From the NCBI GenBank assembly GCA_963740635.1, contig CAVUEQ010000001.1, positions 209,026 through 273,025 of the forward strand: a stretch of DNA of 64,000 nt. Reading direction: 5' to 3'. The position numbers and the translations under genes are program-made. Positions 50,248 through 60,516 of this stretch are shown one piece after another (position 1 is the first letter of the stretch; every line of letters begins with the position of its first letter). Under the pieces are notes generated by a model that did no database searches, was not told where the DNA came from, and saw only the letters and a list, made by a program, of their open reading frames with translations. This stretch comes from an uncultured bacterium (GTDB lineage: Bacteria; Patescibacteriota; Saccharimonadia; UBA4664).

Positions 50248-51554
50248 GTCTGGGCTCCGGGAAGAGGTTTGTTTGTCAGAGGATTGATTGCGATGAGGCT
50301 AAGCAGTGCCATGACCGTCTGGCCAATGAACCAGGCCCAGGTTCCGCCGGCAGCGCCATAGCGGGCGGCCAACGGCCAGCAAAGGGCAACCATGAGGATG
50401 GTGCCGGTGATTTGGACTAAGGACAGCGAAACCAGCCGGTGGTGGACCTTGAGAACGGTTTGGATTATGACGTTTATGCCTAGTGCGGGCGCGGACAGCA
50501 CCATTACCTGGAGGGCGGCAGTTGCTCCGTGGGCGTAGGAGCTGCCAAACAATGTTAACAGCGGGTGCGACAGTATCAGCAGGATAATACCGGAGGGGAT
50601 GGTAATTGCCGCAGTTTGCCTGGAGATGCGATAGGTCTGTCCCGCAAACGAGCCGGGGTTTTTGGCGATTTCGGCGAAGAGGGCGTTGGCGGTGGAGCGT
50701 GGCACAATATATAGCATGGCGGCAATTGCCATGGCGAGGTTATAAAAGGCGGCTTGGTCGGAGCCGGCTGTGTCGGTGATGATGATAGGCAAGATCATGA
50801 ACGGCAGCATGCCCATGATGTTTGACGTGTAGACGCCGGCGGAAAATTTCCGGACTTGGCGCAGGGTGGTAATATCGGCTACCGGCCGGAACCGATAATT
50901 GAAATAACGGGCCAGAAAGGCCAGGCTTAGACAAGTAGCGACCGTGATGGCGAGCGCGAAAGCCATGAATAACCCGAAGGCGCCATAGGTTACGAGCAGG
51001 ATTGGCAGTACGATTTTGGCGAGACTTTGGCCGGAATTGGCGTACAAGACGTATTTAGCCGAGCGGAAGCTGATAAAAATATTGTCGGTAAGGGTGTTGG
51101 CGCTCACGAAGATCATGGCCGTGACGAAGAAGAGCTGGTGGAGCGGGTTGGCTAGAACTTGGTACAACGGCGGTGAAATAAGCGGCAATAGGCACAGAAA
51201 AATGATTGAGAGAACCACCGAGGCAAGGGTGGTGGCGACGATGCTCGTGTTGATGATGCGGTTGGGTGTGCGAGAGCCGGGCAAATAGCGGATGAGCACA
51301 TTGTCGAGCCCCAGCAAGGCAAAGAAGGCCAGCGCGGTGGCAGTGGCCATAAGCGTGGAGGACAGGCCAAGCTGGCTGGTGGTATATAGCCGGGCGCCGA
51401 CGAACCAGAAAGAAAAGCCCGACAAAGCCATTACGCCCGTGCTCGTGATTAGAAACAGTGAGTTGCGGAGGGCGGTGTCGGTGTGCAGAGTGTGCCAGAG
51501 GCTGGCGAGCAGGGGCCGTAGTCCCGAGGCGCGGATAGAGCCGGGCCGGTTCAT
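50244..51554 (-). CDS. MOP/Wzx-type polysaccharide flippase
   Basis: The 436-aa product has about 12 hydrophobic helices and lies in a glycan operon. Confidence 0.7.
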   Translation of the reverse strand: MNRPGSIRASGLRPLLASLWHTLHTDTALRNSLFLITSTGVMALSGFSFWFVGARLYTTSQLGLSSTLMATATALAFFALLGLDNVLIRYLPGSRTPNRIINTSIVATTLASVVLSIIFLCLLPLISPPLYQVLANPLHQLFFVTAMIFVSANTLTDNIFISFRSAKYVLYANSGQSLAKIVLPILLVTYGAFGLFMAFALAITVATCLSLAFLARYFNYRFRPVADITTLRQVRKFSAGVYTSNIMGMLPFMILPIIITDTAGSDQAAFYNLAMAIAAMLYIVPRSTANALFAEIAKNPGSFAGQTYRISRQTAAITIPSGIILLILSHPLLTLFGSSYAHGATAALQVMVLSAPALGINVIIQTVLKVHHRLVSLSLVQITGTILMVALCWPLAARYGAAGGTWAWFIGQTVMALLSLIAINPLTNKPLPGAQT

Positions 51555-52456
51555 CTGGCGGCTCCATCGAGGCCGGGGCGGAAGTAGCGCACAGGGCCGG
51601 TATTGATATCGGCTAAGGTTGTTTCGAGGATTTGCGGGCGGTTCGCGGTTCCGGTGATCCAGTCATGAGAATTAATAGTGAGCGTATCGCCGGAAAAATG
51701 GTTACATGTCCAGATCACTTTTTTGGCATAACGAATGACGGCCTCGGGAGATGGGGTGTTAGGGTCCGGCATCCCCACGAGGTCGCAGTCGAGAGGCGAT
51801 GTCAGCGGGTATTCAGTGAGGCCCTCCGGGCGCCGGTAAGGCCGGGGATTTTGGAGGAGCCAACGAGTCGTTGCCCATAGGCTTTTGCCGGCCGGCCGCT
51901 CGGTGCGGATCAGGTTGGCATTGAGGGCCAGCAGCAAGGTAGAACGCAGCGGCGTCCAGCGCAGGAGTCCGCTGCCGACCGACAGGCGGCCGGGGCGAAA
52001 GAGCTCTTCGGGATATCGGATTTCGCGGTTGCTGACCCAATTGAAGTCCAGGTGGGCAAGCATTTGATAAACCTTGGGGTCGTAAAAACGAGGGCCCATG
52101 AGGTATGGTGCGCGAAAGCCGTGTGGCCGGTAACCAGTGATGAGTTTGACCGCCTCCGAGATCTGGTCCAGCTGTGTGGCTAAGGTGTTAATTTCTGAAA
52201 CGCTGAGGTTATGCATATGTTCGTGGAGGTATCCGTGGATGCCGATTTCGTGTTCGCGGCTGTGGATCGCACGAACTATTTCGGGGTGCTCCTCGACCAG
52301 CTTACCGGTGACAAAAAACACAGCCTTAGCATTGGCCCGGTCCAGCAGGGCGAGCAATTTTTGGGTTGTCATAGCCAGGTCGTAGCTGCTGGAGAAAGGC
52401 ATGCCCCAGCTGCCCTCAAAATCAAACGTGATAATGACATGTTTCATGGCGGGCAT
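51551..52456 (-). CDS. Polysaccharide deacetylase (CE4 / NodB-like)
   Basis: 'VIITFDFEGSWG', 'AVFFVTG' and 'HEIGIHGYLHEH' are present. Confidence 0.7.
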   Translation of the reverse strand: MPAMKHVIITFDFEGSWGMPFSSSYDLAMTTQKLLALLDRANAKAVFFVTGKLVEEHPEIVRAIHSREHEIGIHGYLHEHMHNLSVSEINTLATQLDQISEAVKLITGYRPHGFRAPYLMGPRFYDPKVYQMLAHLDFNWVSNREIRYPEELFRPGRLSVGSGLLRWTPLRSTLLLALNANLIRTERPAGKSLWATTRWLLQNPRPYRRPEGLTEYPLTSPLDCDLVGMPDPNTPSPEAVIRYAKKVIWTCNHFSGDTLTINSHDWITGTANRPQILETTLADINTGPVRYFRPGLDGAAR

Positions 52457-52457
52457 A

Positions 52458-54287
52458 CTAAATTGCGAGCGCTTTCTTGATGTTCTCTGCTACGTGATCC
52501 CAGTCGTATTGGTTAATCCCCTGTCCCGGCTGCATTGGGTCTTTGTGCTTGAGAACTTCCAATATGGCGCTGGCGATTGACTCGGCCAGCGGTTCAACGA
52601 GGTATCCATTGACCTTCTCAACGATAAGTTCGCGGGCAGCGTTGTCGGGGTGAGTGGTAGTGATGACAGGGATGCCCGCGGCATTGGCCTCGATGGCGGC
52701 CGCGCTGAAGCCCTCGCGGATGGAAGGCAACACGAACATCTTGGAGGCTTTCAGGAGGCTGTAGACGTCGGCGTCTTCCTCGATAAAACCGACCAGGCGG
52801 ACGTTATTTTGGAGGCCCAAGTCTTCGACCAGCTGCGCGAGGTTGGCCTTCTCTGGGCCGTTGCCCACGATGGTGGCGGTGATATCCGGCCGCACTTTGC
52901 GGACCGAAGCGATCGCTTGGATTAGCAGGTCGACGTTTTTGTGAGCCACCAGCCGGCCAGCGAAGATTACGTCGCTGGTTTGCGCTGAGGGCTTGGTGTG
53001 ATAGATCTCGTTCAGGTCGACGCCGAGCGGGACCGTAATCACCGGGCGCTTGACGCCGTTGGCGCGCAGCCGTCCGGTGGTTTGCTTGGAGACCGAGATG
53101 ATGGCGTCACTGGCGCGCATTGACACACGTTCGATACACCAGGCAGCGAGACCGGCGGCCGTGCCGATGTACTTTTGCCAGCTTTGTAGGTCCGTAACCT
53201 CGTGCCAGGTGGCGTAGAGCGGCTTGCGGCGAAGCCAGGTGACGATGCGGGCGCTAAACAGTGGGAAAAACGGCATGGAGTCGACGTCCATGATGTCGAA
53301 GCGCTTGAACAGCATGCGGTAGGTGGCGAAGCCAAACATCACCGCCTCGCGGGTGGAGCGGCGGCCGTTTTTGTAGAGCGGGTACAGGCGTGAGATGGCG
53401 TGGTAGGTTACGCCGTCGTGCTCGACCTGGCGAGGGCCGTCCCACCATTTCATGGTGTAGATGTGGACGTCGAGGCCGGCAGCGGCGAGGCGGCGCGATA
53501 CTTCGTAGAGCCGTTTTTCTTTTCCGCCGCGATGGTATGGCAATACGGCGTCGGATACGAAGACGATACGGCGCGGCCGCTTTGGCTTGGGCATCCAGCG
53601 CAGGTTGCCAAAGTACATCAAGAGGATTCGCAGCCCGTCGCGCACCGGGCGGAGGCTGGAATTCCCGGCGCGGGATTTATAGCTGATTGGAACTGAATAA
53701 ATCTGTTCTCCAAGCCTCGCCATCTTGGTGATCATTTCCATCTCGATGGCGAATCCATTCGACTTGAGGTGAGGCCGGAGCAGGCTAATAGCGTTTTTAT
53801 CCCAGGCAAAATAACCGGTGAGCACGTCGGTAACATTTACCCGGTAAGAATATCGGACCAGGTGCGAGAAAATCCAGTTGCCGAAACGGTTTAGGGCTGT
53901 CATGGAGCCGTTGGTGATGCGGCCGCCAAGCCGGGAGCCGATGACCACGTTGCAGAATCCGGAGCTGATGGGCTCGAGCAGCCGCACGATTTCTTGGGGC
54001 CGGTAAGTGTAGTCGCCGTCGAGCATCACAACGTAATCGGTGTCGCCGGGCACGTAGTAGAATCCGGCGCGGATGGCGTTGCCTTTGCCCTGTTTGGGTT
54101 CGAAGATTACGTGAGCTCCAGCGGCCCGGGCGACAGCTGCGGTGTTATCGGTACTATTATTGTCGATCACCACAATTTCGAGCGAATATCCGTGAGCAAT
54201 GAGCTGTCCGCGAGGAAACCCTTTGATAACATCGGCTATCCCCTCCTCCTCGTTATAGCACGGGATAAGAGCTATGACTTTTTTCAT
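52458..54287 (-). CDS. Bifunctional GT2 (N-terminal) plus GT4-like (C-terminal) glycosyltransferase
   Basis: 'IPCYNEEEGIADVI...VVIDNNSTDNT...VMLDGDYTY' is the GT-A DxD region. The C-terminal half has 'VLPSIREGFSAAAIEANAAGIPVI'. Confidence 0.85.
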   Translation of the reverse strand: MKKVIALIPCYNEEEGIADVIKGFPRGQLIAHGYSLEIVVIDNNSTDNTAAVARAAGAHVIFEPKQGKGNAIRAGFYYVPGDTDYVVMLDGDYTYRPQEIVRLLEPISSGFCNVVIGSRLGGRITNGSMTALNRFGNWIFSHLVRYSYRVNVTDVLTGYFAWDKNAISLLRPHLKSNGFAIEMEMITKMARLGEQIYSVPISYKSRAGNSSLRPVRDGLRILLMYFGNLRWMPKPKRPRRIVFVSDAVLPYHRGGKEKRLYEVSRRLAAAGLDVHIYTMKWWDGPRQVEHDGVTYHAISRLYPLYKNGRRSTREAVMFGFATYRMLFKRFDIMDVDSMPFFPLFSARIVTWLRRKPLYATWHEVTDLQSWQKYIGTAAGLAAWCIERVSMRASDAIISVSKQTTGRLRANGVKRPVITVPLGVDLNEIYHTKPSAQTSDVIFAGRLVAHKNVDLLIQAIASVRKVRPDITATIVGNGPEKANLAQLVEDLGLQNNVRLVGFIEEDADVYSLLKASKMFVLPSIREGFSAAAIEANAAGIPVITTTHPDNAARELIVEKVNGYLVEPLAESIASAILEVLKHKDPMQPGQGINQYDWDHVAENIKKALAI

Positions 54288-54739
54288 GATTTGCTCTGGA
54301 AATGTATGTTTTGTCCGAGATCTGGCAGGTCTACGATGAGCTCAAGTTGCTGGGAGTCGGCAGAGGTATCGAAAAGCTGGGTAAGTGTTAACGCCCGGCC
54401 ACCCGAGATAGTGACCAGTTCGTCGTCGAGACTTCTGATCTTCCCGTTTGTCACCTGCGAGACATGAATCCGGTATGACTTATCGGCACTATCGCGGTTG
54501 ACGATGGTGTAGGAAAATTTGGCCGGCTCGCCCGCGAAGATTTCTTTGGGCAGTTCGGATGGGTTGTCGAAATACAGCTCCGTGAGCGGCTGTGACTTAG
54601 TTTCGAATGTTGATATTAAGGCTTGAGTAAGTGATTTTTGGAAAGCTAAAATTATTACGCTGGCGATAATCGCAGCGCTGAGCGCTAGGGCTATGGGGTT
54701 GCCGGTGGCAAAACGCTTCAATGCTAAGAAATAGCTCAT
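54284..54739 (-). CDS. Membrane-anchored protein of unknown function, first gene of the glycan operon
   Basis: The ATG at 54739 gives 'MSYFLALKRFATGNPIALALSAAIIASVIILAF', followed by a ~110-aa beta-rich domain. Its stop overlaps the GT2 start (ATGA). Confidence 0.5.
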   Translation of the reverse strand: MSYFLALKRFATGNPIALALSAAIIASVIILAFQKSLTQALISTFETKSQPLTELYFDNPSELPKEIFAGEPAKFSYTIVNRDSADKSYRIHVSQVTNGKIRSLDDELVTISGGRALTLTQLFDTSADSQQLELIVDLPDLGQNIHFQSKS

Positions 54740-54908
54740 GCTTGAGGGACGGTTCCGGGTTAGTTCAAATCTACAGGGCCACATCACAAATAAGAGGATT
54801 TTTGGCTCCTCGTTCGGCTGAACAATACCATTTCCTGCATGCGTAGACAAGCCTTTTGTGCGAACTTACATTTTGTGATTGAGCCTGTGCTTACGGTATG
54901 ATTGAGCG

Positions 54909-55967
54909 GTGACCAGGTTCATCTCGTTATTGGCATCATTGAAGTACCCGCTCATTGTGTTGGTGGGCGGGGTTTTGTTGGGCGGCATCATCGGCGGCTT
55001 CGAGCAGGCCCTGGTGGTGGCGATTTTGGCGGTGCTCGAAATCTCGCTGTCGTTTGATAATGCCGTCATCAATGCTACGGTGCTGCGCCGGATGAACGAT
55101 TTTTGGCAAATGATCTTTCTGACGGTCGGCGTGGTGATTGCCGTGTTCGGGATGCGTCTGTTGTTTCCGATCTTGATCGTAATGGTCTCATCGGGGTTGA
55201 GCTTTGCGGCGGTCACCGACCTGATTTTTAACCACCCGGCCGAGTACGCGCTGCAATTGCAGGCGGCGCATCCGTCGATAGCGGCGTTTGGCGGGATGTT
55301 CCTGCTGATGATTTTCCTGGACTTTATATTGGACGAGGCCAAAAATGTGCATTGGGTAGCCGTGATCGAGCGGCCGCTGGCCAAGGGCGGGCGGCTGAAA
55401 TTGCTGTCGGTGCTGATCGCGCTGGCGGCGCTGTGGGCGGTGGCGGTGACGTGGGGCGTGGAGGAGCAATCGCGGGTGGTGACGGCCGGCCTCACGGGTC
55501 TAGTGACCTATCTGGCTGTGCGCGGGTTCAGCCGGCTGTTTGAGCGGCTGGGCGGCGTTGATGAGGCGGCGGCCGGAAAGCCCGCGCCCAAGGGCCAGGT
55601 GGTGAAACTGGCGGGCCGGGCCGCGCTGGCCCTGTTTGTGTACCTGGAGGTGCTCGACGCCTCGTTCTCATTTGATGGCGTGGTGGGCGCGTTTGCCATC
55701 ACCAGCGACGTCCTGACGATTGCCATTGGTCTGGGCGTGGGCGCGTTTTTCGTGCGGGAGCTGACGGTATGGCTGGTGAGGCACAACACGTTAGCTGAGT
55801 TTATTTACCTGGAGCACGGGGCGCACTACGCCGTGGGGGCGCTGGCGTTGTTGCTGGCGTTGAGCTTAGCCCACGAAATCCCCGACTTGGTGACGGGGCT
55901 GGTGGGGATCGTGTTTATTGGATTGTCGTTGGTGTCGAGCTTGCAGGAGTCGCGGCGGGTGGCCTAG
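54909..55967 (+). CDS. DUF475 / TerC-like integral membrane protein
   Basis: 'LEISLSFDNAVINATVLRRM' and the repeated 'LEVLDASFSFDGVVGAFAIT' show the duplicated DUF475 architecture. Confidence 0.75.
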   Translation: MTRFISLLASLKYPLIVLVGGVLLGGIIGGFEQALVVAILAVLEISLSFDNAVINATVLRRMNDFWQMIFLTVGVVIAVFGMRLLFPILIVMVSSGLSFAAVTDLIFNHPAEYALQLQAAHPSIAAFGGMFLLMIFLDFILDEAKNVHWVAVIERPLAKGGRLKLLSVLIALAALWAVAVTWGVEEQSRVVTAGLTGLVTYLAVRGFSRLFERLGGVDEAAAGKPAPKGQVVKLAGRAALALFVYLEVLDASFSFDGVVGAFAITSDVLTIAIGLGVGAFFVRELTVWLVRHNTLAEFIYLEHGAHYAVGALALLLALSLAHEIPDLVTGLVGIVFIGLSLVSSLQESRRVA

Positions 55968-55985
55968 CGGCGGACGTAGCGGCGG

Positions 55986-56363
55986 CTAGAGCAGCTTGTT
56001 GATGATGCCGGCGAGCTGGCTGGGAACGATATCGGCCTTAATGATGTAGCCGTCGGCTTGGGCCTTGAGTGCCTCCTGGCTGGTTTTGTCTTGAGCCAGG
56101 TTGGTGAGGATGACGATCTTGGTGCCGGTGTTGCCCTGGCCGTTTTCGCCCCGTAGTTCGTTGAGGACTTCGATACCGGTTTTTTCGGGCATCATAATGT
56201 CGAGCAGGATGAGGTCGTAGTGCTTGTTTTGGGCTTTCTTAAGCCCTTCCACACCGTTGTAAGCAAATTCAACTTGATACCCTTCTCGCTCCAGGACGCG
56301 CGAATACATCTCCGCTATGGGCTTGTCGTCTTCAACGAACAGGATTGTTTTTGATCCAGCCAT
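55986..56363 (-). CDS. Stand-alone response-regulator receiver domain
   Basis: The ATG at 56363 gives '[20 protein letters not shown]...DLILLDIMMPEKTG...IVILTNL...YIIK'. The product is 125 aa with no output domain. It overlaps the kinase 3' end by 32 nt. Confidence 0.85.
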   Translation of the reverse strand: MAGSKTILFVEDDKPIAEMYSRVLEREGYQVEFAYNGVEGLKKAQNKHYDLILLDIMMPEKTGIEVLNELRGENGQGNTGTKIVILTNLAQDKTSQEALKAQADGYIIKADIVPSQLAGIINKLL

Positions 56364-57867
56364 GGGCTCCTCTGGTAACTGTATGTTTATTATTATCCAT
56401 TGCGCCGGCCTTTGTGGCAACCACCCGCCGCGGCAGGATGAACGTGAACGAGCTCCCCTCGCCCAGTTTGGATTCCACAATGATGGTGCCCCCGTGGGCG
56501 TCCAGGATTGACCGGCAGATATAGAGGCCGAGGCCGGTGCCGCGGGTGGGCGATTTGAGTTCATCGACGCGGAAGAATTTGGTGAAGAGGTGCGGGATGG
56601 CGTCGGCGGGGATGCCCGAGCCGTTGTCGGTGATGGTGGTTTCGATGCTTGAGCGGCGCGGCACCACTTCCACCTGGATCGTGCCGGCGCCGGGCTGGGT
56701 GTGGTTGATGGCATTACTCACCAGGTTGTCGATGACTTCGCGGATGGCGGACGGGTCGGCCATGACCGGCAGGGGCTGCTTGGGGGCATTGAGGGTGAGG
56801 GTGCGGTTTTGTTGCACGGCGCGTTCCTGGAGAGCCTCGACAGTTTCCACAACCAGGCTGCGGTAATCGATGAGCTCCGGCTGGTAACTGAGCTCGCCAT
56901 GCTCGATGCGTGACACATTAAGCAGGTTGTGCATGAGGCTGCCAAGCTGGGTGGCGCTGGCCACGGCCTGGGTGAGGAAGGCCTGCTGGGACTTGTTGAG
57001 GCCCTTGCTTTCGGTGCGCAATATGTCGAGGTAGCCTTTGATTTCGGTCAGGGGTGTGCGCAGTTCGTGCGCTGCCAGAGCCACAAAGTCGATCTTCATT
57101 TCCTCGAGCTGGTGGGCCTTGGTGAGGTCATGGAAAGTCACGAGCGCGGCGATGCCATTGGGATCGTCCTTGAGCACGACGGCCTGGACGTTGACGTGCA
57201 GGCTGTGGCCGTCGGCGCGGTAGAGCTCGAGGCCTTCCCACACGCCGGCCTTGTGCATATCGGTGCCGGTACCGGAAGCGAGCAGCCGGGTCATTACCAG
57301 CTCGCCGTTTTGGCGGAACGGCATCACCTTTTCGGCCAGCTGGCCGGCCACCTCCTGGACGGTGCGGCCCGTGAGCTCGCAGGCGGCTTTGTTAAACAAA
57401 ATAATACGGCCGGCGCGGTCGAGCGCGAAGACGCCGTCGGTCATGGTGTTGAGGACAGTGTGGAGCTTGCCCCGTTCGGCCTCAATGACGGCGGTTTCGC
57501 TCGCGGCTTGGGATAGGATCTCCTGAAGCTTGGCTGAAACTTGGTCGAGCGAGCGGCCGATTTCCTGAAATTCACCGGCGTCGTGGTTTTGGAACTGGGC
57601 CTTGAAGTTGCCCTTGGCCAGCTCGAGGACTGCCAGGTGGATGCGCCGGACCGGCCGGGCCAGAAGCTCGGCGAACGCAAAACTCAGGGCCATGGCCGGC
57701 AGCACCCCCAGCACCATCACCGGCAGCACGTAGGAGGTGAAGTCGAGGATATTGTGGTCGCCATTTTGGGTATTGAGATACCAAATGGCCGCCACCACCA
57801 GCGCCGGGATCAGCGAAACAATAAAAAACAAGGCCAGGGTTTGGCGGAGGAACCGGGTAGGCTGCAT
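56332..57867 (-). CDS. Sensor histidine kinase (2 TM, HAMP, PAS, HisKA, HATPase_c)
   Basis: The H-box is '[16 protein letters not shown]'. '[10 protein letters not shown]' and 'DNGSGI...[13 protein letters not shown]' are also present. Confidence 0.85.
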   Translation of the reverse strand: MQPTRFLRQTLALFFIVSLIPALVVAAIWYLNTQNGDHNILDFTSYVLPVMVLGVLPAMALSFAFAELLARPVRRIHLAVLELAKGNFKAQFQNHDAGEFQEIGRSLDQVSAKLQEILSQAASETAVIEAERGKLHTVLNTMTDGVFALDRAGRIILFNKAACELTGRTVQEVAGQLAEKVMPFRQNGELVMTRLLASGTGTDMHKAGVWEGLELYRADGHSLHVNVQAVVLKDDPNGIAALVTFHDLTKAHQLEEMKIDFVALAAHELRTPLTEIKGYLDILRTESKGLNKSQQAFLTQAVASATQLGSLMHNLLNVSRIEHGELSYQPELIDYRSLVVETVEALQERAVQQNRTLTLNAPKQPLPVMADPSAIREVIDNLVSNAINHTQPGAGTIQVEVVPRRSSIETTITDNGSGIPADAIPHLFTKFFRVDELKSPTRGTGLGLYICRSILDAHGGTIIVESKLGEGSSFTFILPRRVVATKAGAMDNNKHTVTRGAHGWIKNNPVR

Positions 57868-57945
57868 GGGTTAATTCTAATGCTTAACCTTCCCGTTGGC
57901 CAGCTCGTGATACAATTTGCTCACATTGATGAAAGGGTGGATTTC

Positions 57946-58410
57946 GTGGCAACTCGCGCGCTGGTCGTAATAGCAGCTTTGGCGGTAATTGCCGTAATTG
58001 TGGGGGCGGTGTTTGTATTGCAAGGTGGGGCGAATGCGCCGGGTTCACCGAAGCCGACGACCTCGGCGGCAGCGTCGGCCTCACCGCCGGCCGGTCTCAA
58101 GGTTACCGATGAGGTCGTGGGCACGGGAGACGAGGCGGTGGCAGGTAAAACCGTCACGGTCAATTACGTGGGCACGCTGGACGACGGCACCAAATTTGAT
58201 TCGTCTTACGACCGCAACCAGCCGTTTGATTTCGTGCTCGGCCAAGGCCAGGTGATCAAGGGCTGGGATCAGGGCGTGGCGGGCATGAAGGTGGGCGGCA
58301 AGCGCAAGTTGGTGATCCCGCCTGACCTGGGTTACGGCAGCCAGGCGCAGGGCAAGATTCCGCCGAACTCGACGCTGACGTTTGAAGTGGAATTGCTGGC
58401 GGTTAAATAG
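57946..58410 (+). CDS. Membrane-anchored FKBP-type peptidyl-prolyl isomerase
   Basis: '[62 protein letters not shown]' is present. The GTG at 57946 follows AAAGGGTGG, and an extended -10 TGATACAAT lies at 57908-57916. An alternative GTG is at 57937. Confidence 0.85.
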   Translation: MATRALVVIAALAVIAVIVGAVFVLQGGANAPGSPKPTTSAAASASPPAGLKVTDEVVGTGDEAVAGKTVTVNYVGTLDDGTKFDSSYDRNQPFDFVLGQGQVIKGWDQGVAGMKVGGKRKLVIPPDLGYGSQAQGKIPPNSTLTFEVELLAVK

Positions 58411-59037
58411 CTAGTCTTGGCGGTGGGCTTCGCAGTAGGCCGGGTCGTGCTGCTTGGAGCAGAGGTTGTAACCCACGACGGCTAGGATGTCGCCGGCGGG
58501 GGCGTAGTAGCCGGAGGGTCCGGAGGCGACACGCAATTCCACGGGGATGGTGCCGCGGCCGAGGCTGTCGACCGCGCTGAAACTGCCGCGCGACAGGTCA
58601 ATGATGCGGCCGGTCCAGATCTCGGGGCCGTAATCGTTGACGCGGCAGACCACGGTGTGGCCGTTGTAGAGGTCGGTGACTAGAAGGTACGTGCCGCGCG
58701 GGAAGGTGCGGCTGGCGCAGGTAAGGGAGTCGGGCGCGGGCAGGCCGAGCGCGTACCAGGAGCCGCGGCCGGTCATGGCGGGCGGCCCGGAAGCGGGCTG
58801 CGGCGTGGGCGGTCCGGCGATTACCGGCGCCTCAATCTTGACGCCGCCGGGGCCGGTGGTGTGCACGGCCACGCCGACCAGCGGTTTGCTGAGCGTGATG
58901 GCGTAGGCCAGCGAGCCCATGGAAACGGTGGCCAGCAATACCAAAAACGACCGCAAGACGTGCTTTGAGGTTTTGCGTTTGACGAGCTTCTTCTTGGTGA
59001 GCACGTGGATGACGCGCCGTTTGGTTTTGGCTTTCAT
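58411..59037 (-). CDS. RlpA-like double-psi beta-barrel (lytic transglycosylase-like) protein
   Basis: An N-terminal anchor is followed by 'GRGSWYALGLPAPDSLTCASRTFPRGTYLLVTDLYNGHTVVCRVNDYGP'. Confidence 0.8.
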   Translation of the reverse strand: MKAKTKRRVIHVLTKKKLVKRKTSKHVLRSFLVLLATVSMGSLAYAITLSKPLVGVAVHTTGPGGVKIEAPVIAGPPTPQPASGPPAMTGRGSWYALGLPAPDSLTCASRTFPRGTYLLVTDLYNGHTVVCRVNDYGPEIWTGRIIDLSRGSFSAVDSLGRGTIPVELRVASGPSGYYAPAGDILAVVGYNLCSKQHDPAYCEAHRQD

Positions 59038-59134
59038 GTGTTTGTTTTGGTGCTGTGTGAGATTACTTTAGCATAAGCGGGTTATTAATGCGAATGCGGC
59101 CCTCTCTATTACGGTACCGTATATTAACAAGGCG

Positions 59135-59178
59135 GTAACTATATGCACTTCGCATATATGCAGAATGCATATAGTTAC
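59135..59178. repeat. AT-rich nested palindrome, copy C
   Basis: The sequence is GTAACTATATGCAcTTCGCATATATGCAGAATGCATATAGTTAC, with 13-bp perfect outer arms and the inner palindrome GCATATATGC. Confidence 0.8.
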
Positions 59179-59206
59179 GCGGAAAGGTATACGCTGTAAA
59201 TAGGCT

Positions 59207-59353
59207 TACTCGTCGAGTGGCGGCCGCAAGGTTTTGGTAGGCCCGGAAAGCGGCGCCTGTAGCGGGCAGCATTTTTTGGGTGTAGTCATTAAACTCGAGC
59301 AGTAACTGCTGGAGCCCAGGAGCGTCGGCCGGAGTGGCGGAGCGGATGTTCAT
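59207..59353 (-). pseudogene. Possible 5' remnant of a GNAT acetyltransferase gene
   Basis: 'MNIRSATPADAPGLQQLLLEFNDY...' resembles a GNAT N-terminus. After ~48 codons the frame runs into the palindromic repeat ('YMHSAYMRSAYSY'), so no complete domain exists. Confidence 0.35.
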
Positions 59354-59367
59354 GCCGGAATTATACG

Positions 59368-60516
59368 TTAATAAGTAACGCTTTTGCCGATCGGAACGAT
59401 CGAGTACCAGGTGTTACCGGGGTCGAGGGGGACGTCGTTGCCATTGGCGTCGAGGAGCTTAGTGCGGGAGGTGTGTGAATCTTTGGACCAGGTTACCGGC
59501 ACCACGTCGCCGTCGCGCATCACCCAGCCCTGCCCGGTGCCGACGGTTTGCATGATGACGGTGGATTCGCCGATGCGGGTGAAGCCGTAGCTGGTGGGCA
59601 TCATTTCGACCACCACGTTCTTGACGTGGATTTGTTTGCCGGTGTTGCGGTCTATGTGGGGCGCGCCGGACAGGAACCGCGCGTAATCATTGGTGGTGGA
59701 ATCGTATTTGTAATCGACCTGGTAGCCGGCGTAGGAGTAATCAATGTGGATATTGGGGTGCGGCGGGTTGGCGTTGGGGGCGTCGGGTTTGCGCGGGCTG
59801 ACGGTGAAGCTCGAGGGTTTGAAGAAACCGAGGCGCTTCTCGAGGGCGTCGAGCTTGTCTGAGGTGGTGTAGAGGTTGTGCGGGGCGAGGCGGTCGCCGG
59901 TGCGGAAGAAAGCGTCGGCGGCAAAGCTGAGCGCGTTCATGTCTTTCATACCTAGCGGGCTCACCAGGTCCAGGGCGTCGGCGTTGCCGCCCGCGTGGGC
60001 TACCGGCGAGTTGAATTCGAGGGCCCAGTCGATGAAGTAGGTGCGGAGGCTGCGCACGGGGCCGATGCTAGCCGGACGGTTGTCGAGGAAGAACGCTACG
60101 AAGCGGGTAATACCGCCCTCGGCGTTGGCCTCATACACGACGCCGGCGTCGCTGAGGCCGGACTGCGGCCGGGCGTCGGGGTGGTTTTCGATGACTATGC
60201 CGGTGATCGGGCGGGCGGCAAGCTCCGGCGACACCGGCAGGCCGGTGAGCGGCGACAGCCGGGTGGACGGCGTGGGGCTGGGCGTGGGCGAGGCCTTGGG
60301 CGCGGGCGTGCCGGCCAAAGGCGGTTTGGACCTGGACAGCGTCAAGCCCAGCACGCCCGCGGCGACTACCGCCACGACGCCGCCCGCGATCCATAACGCC
60401 AGCTTCCGGTGATCCGCGATCCAGGATGAGCCGGCTGCTAGCGGCTTGGTAAGCGGTTTGGCCGGCGGCTTGGGCGGCTCGGCTACAACCGTCTCGGGCG
60501 TAGGGTCTTCGGTCAT
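59368..60516 (-). CDS. DUF3048 (YerB-like) secreted or anchored protein
   Basis: 'GLSDAGVVYEANAEGGITRFVAFF...IGPVRSLRTYF' is present. An extended -10 TGCTATAAT (60523-60531) ends 6 nt before the ATG, a leaderless layout. Confidence 0.75.
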   Translation of the reverse strand: MTEDPTPETVVAEPPKPPAKPLTKPLAAGSSWIADHRKLALWIAGGVVAVVAAGVLGLTLSRSKPPLAGTPAPKASPTPSPTPSTRLSPLTGLPVSPELAARPITGIVIENHPDARPQSGLSDAGVVYEANAEGGITRFVAFFLDNRPASIGPVRSLRTYFIDWALEFNSPVAHAGGNADALDLVSPLGMKDMNALSFAADAFFRTGDRLAPHNLYTTSDKLDALEKRLGFFKPSSFTVSPRKPDAPNANPPHPNIHIDYSYAGYQVDYKYDSTTNDYARFLSGAPHIDRNTGKQIHVKNVVVEMMPTSYGFTRIGESTVIMQTVGTGQGWVMRDGDVVPVTWSKDSHTSRTKLLDANGNDVPLDPGNTWYSIVPIGKSVTY

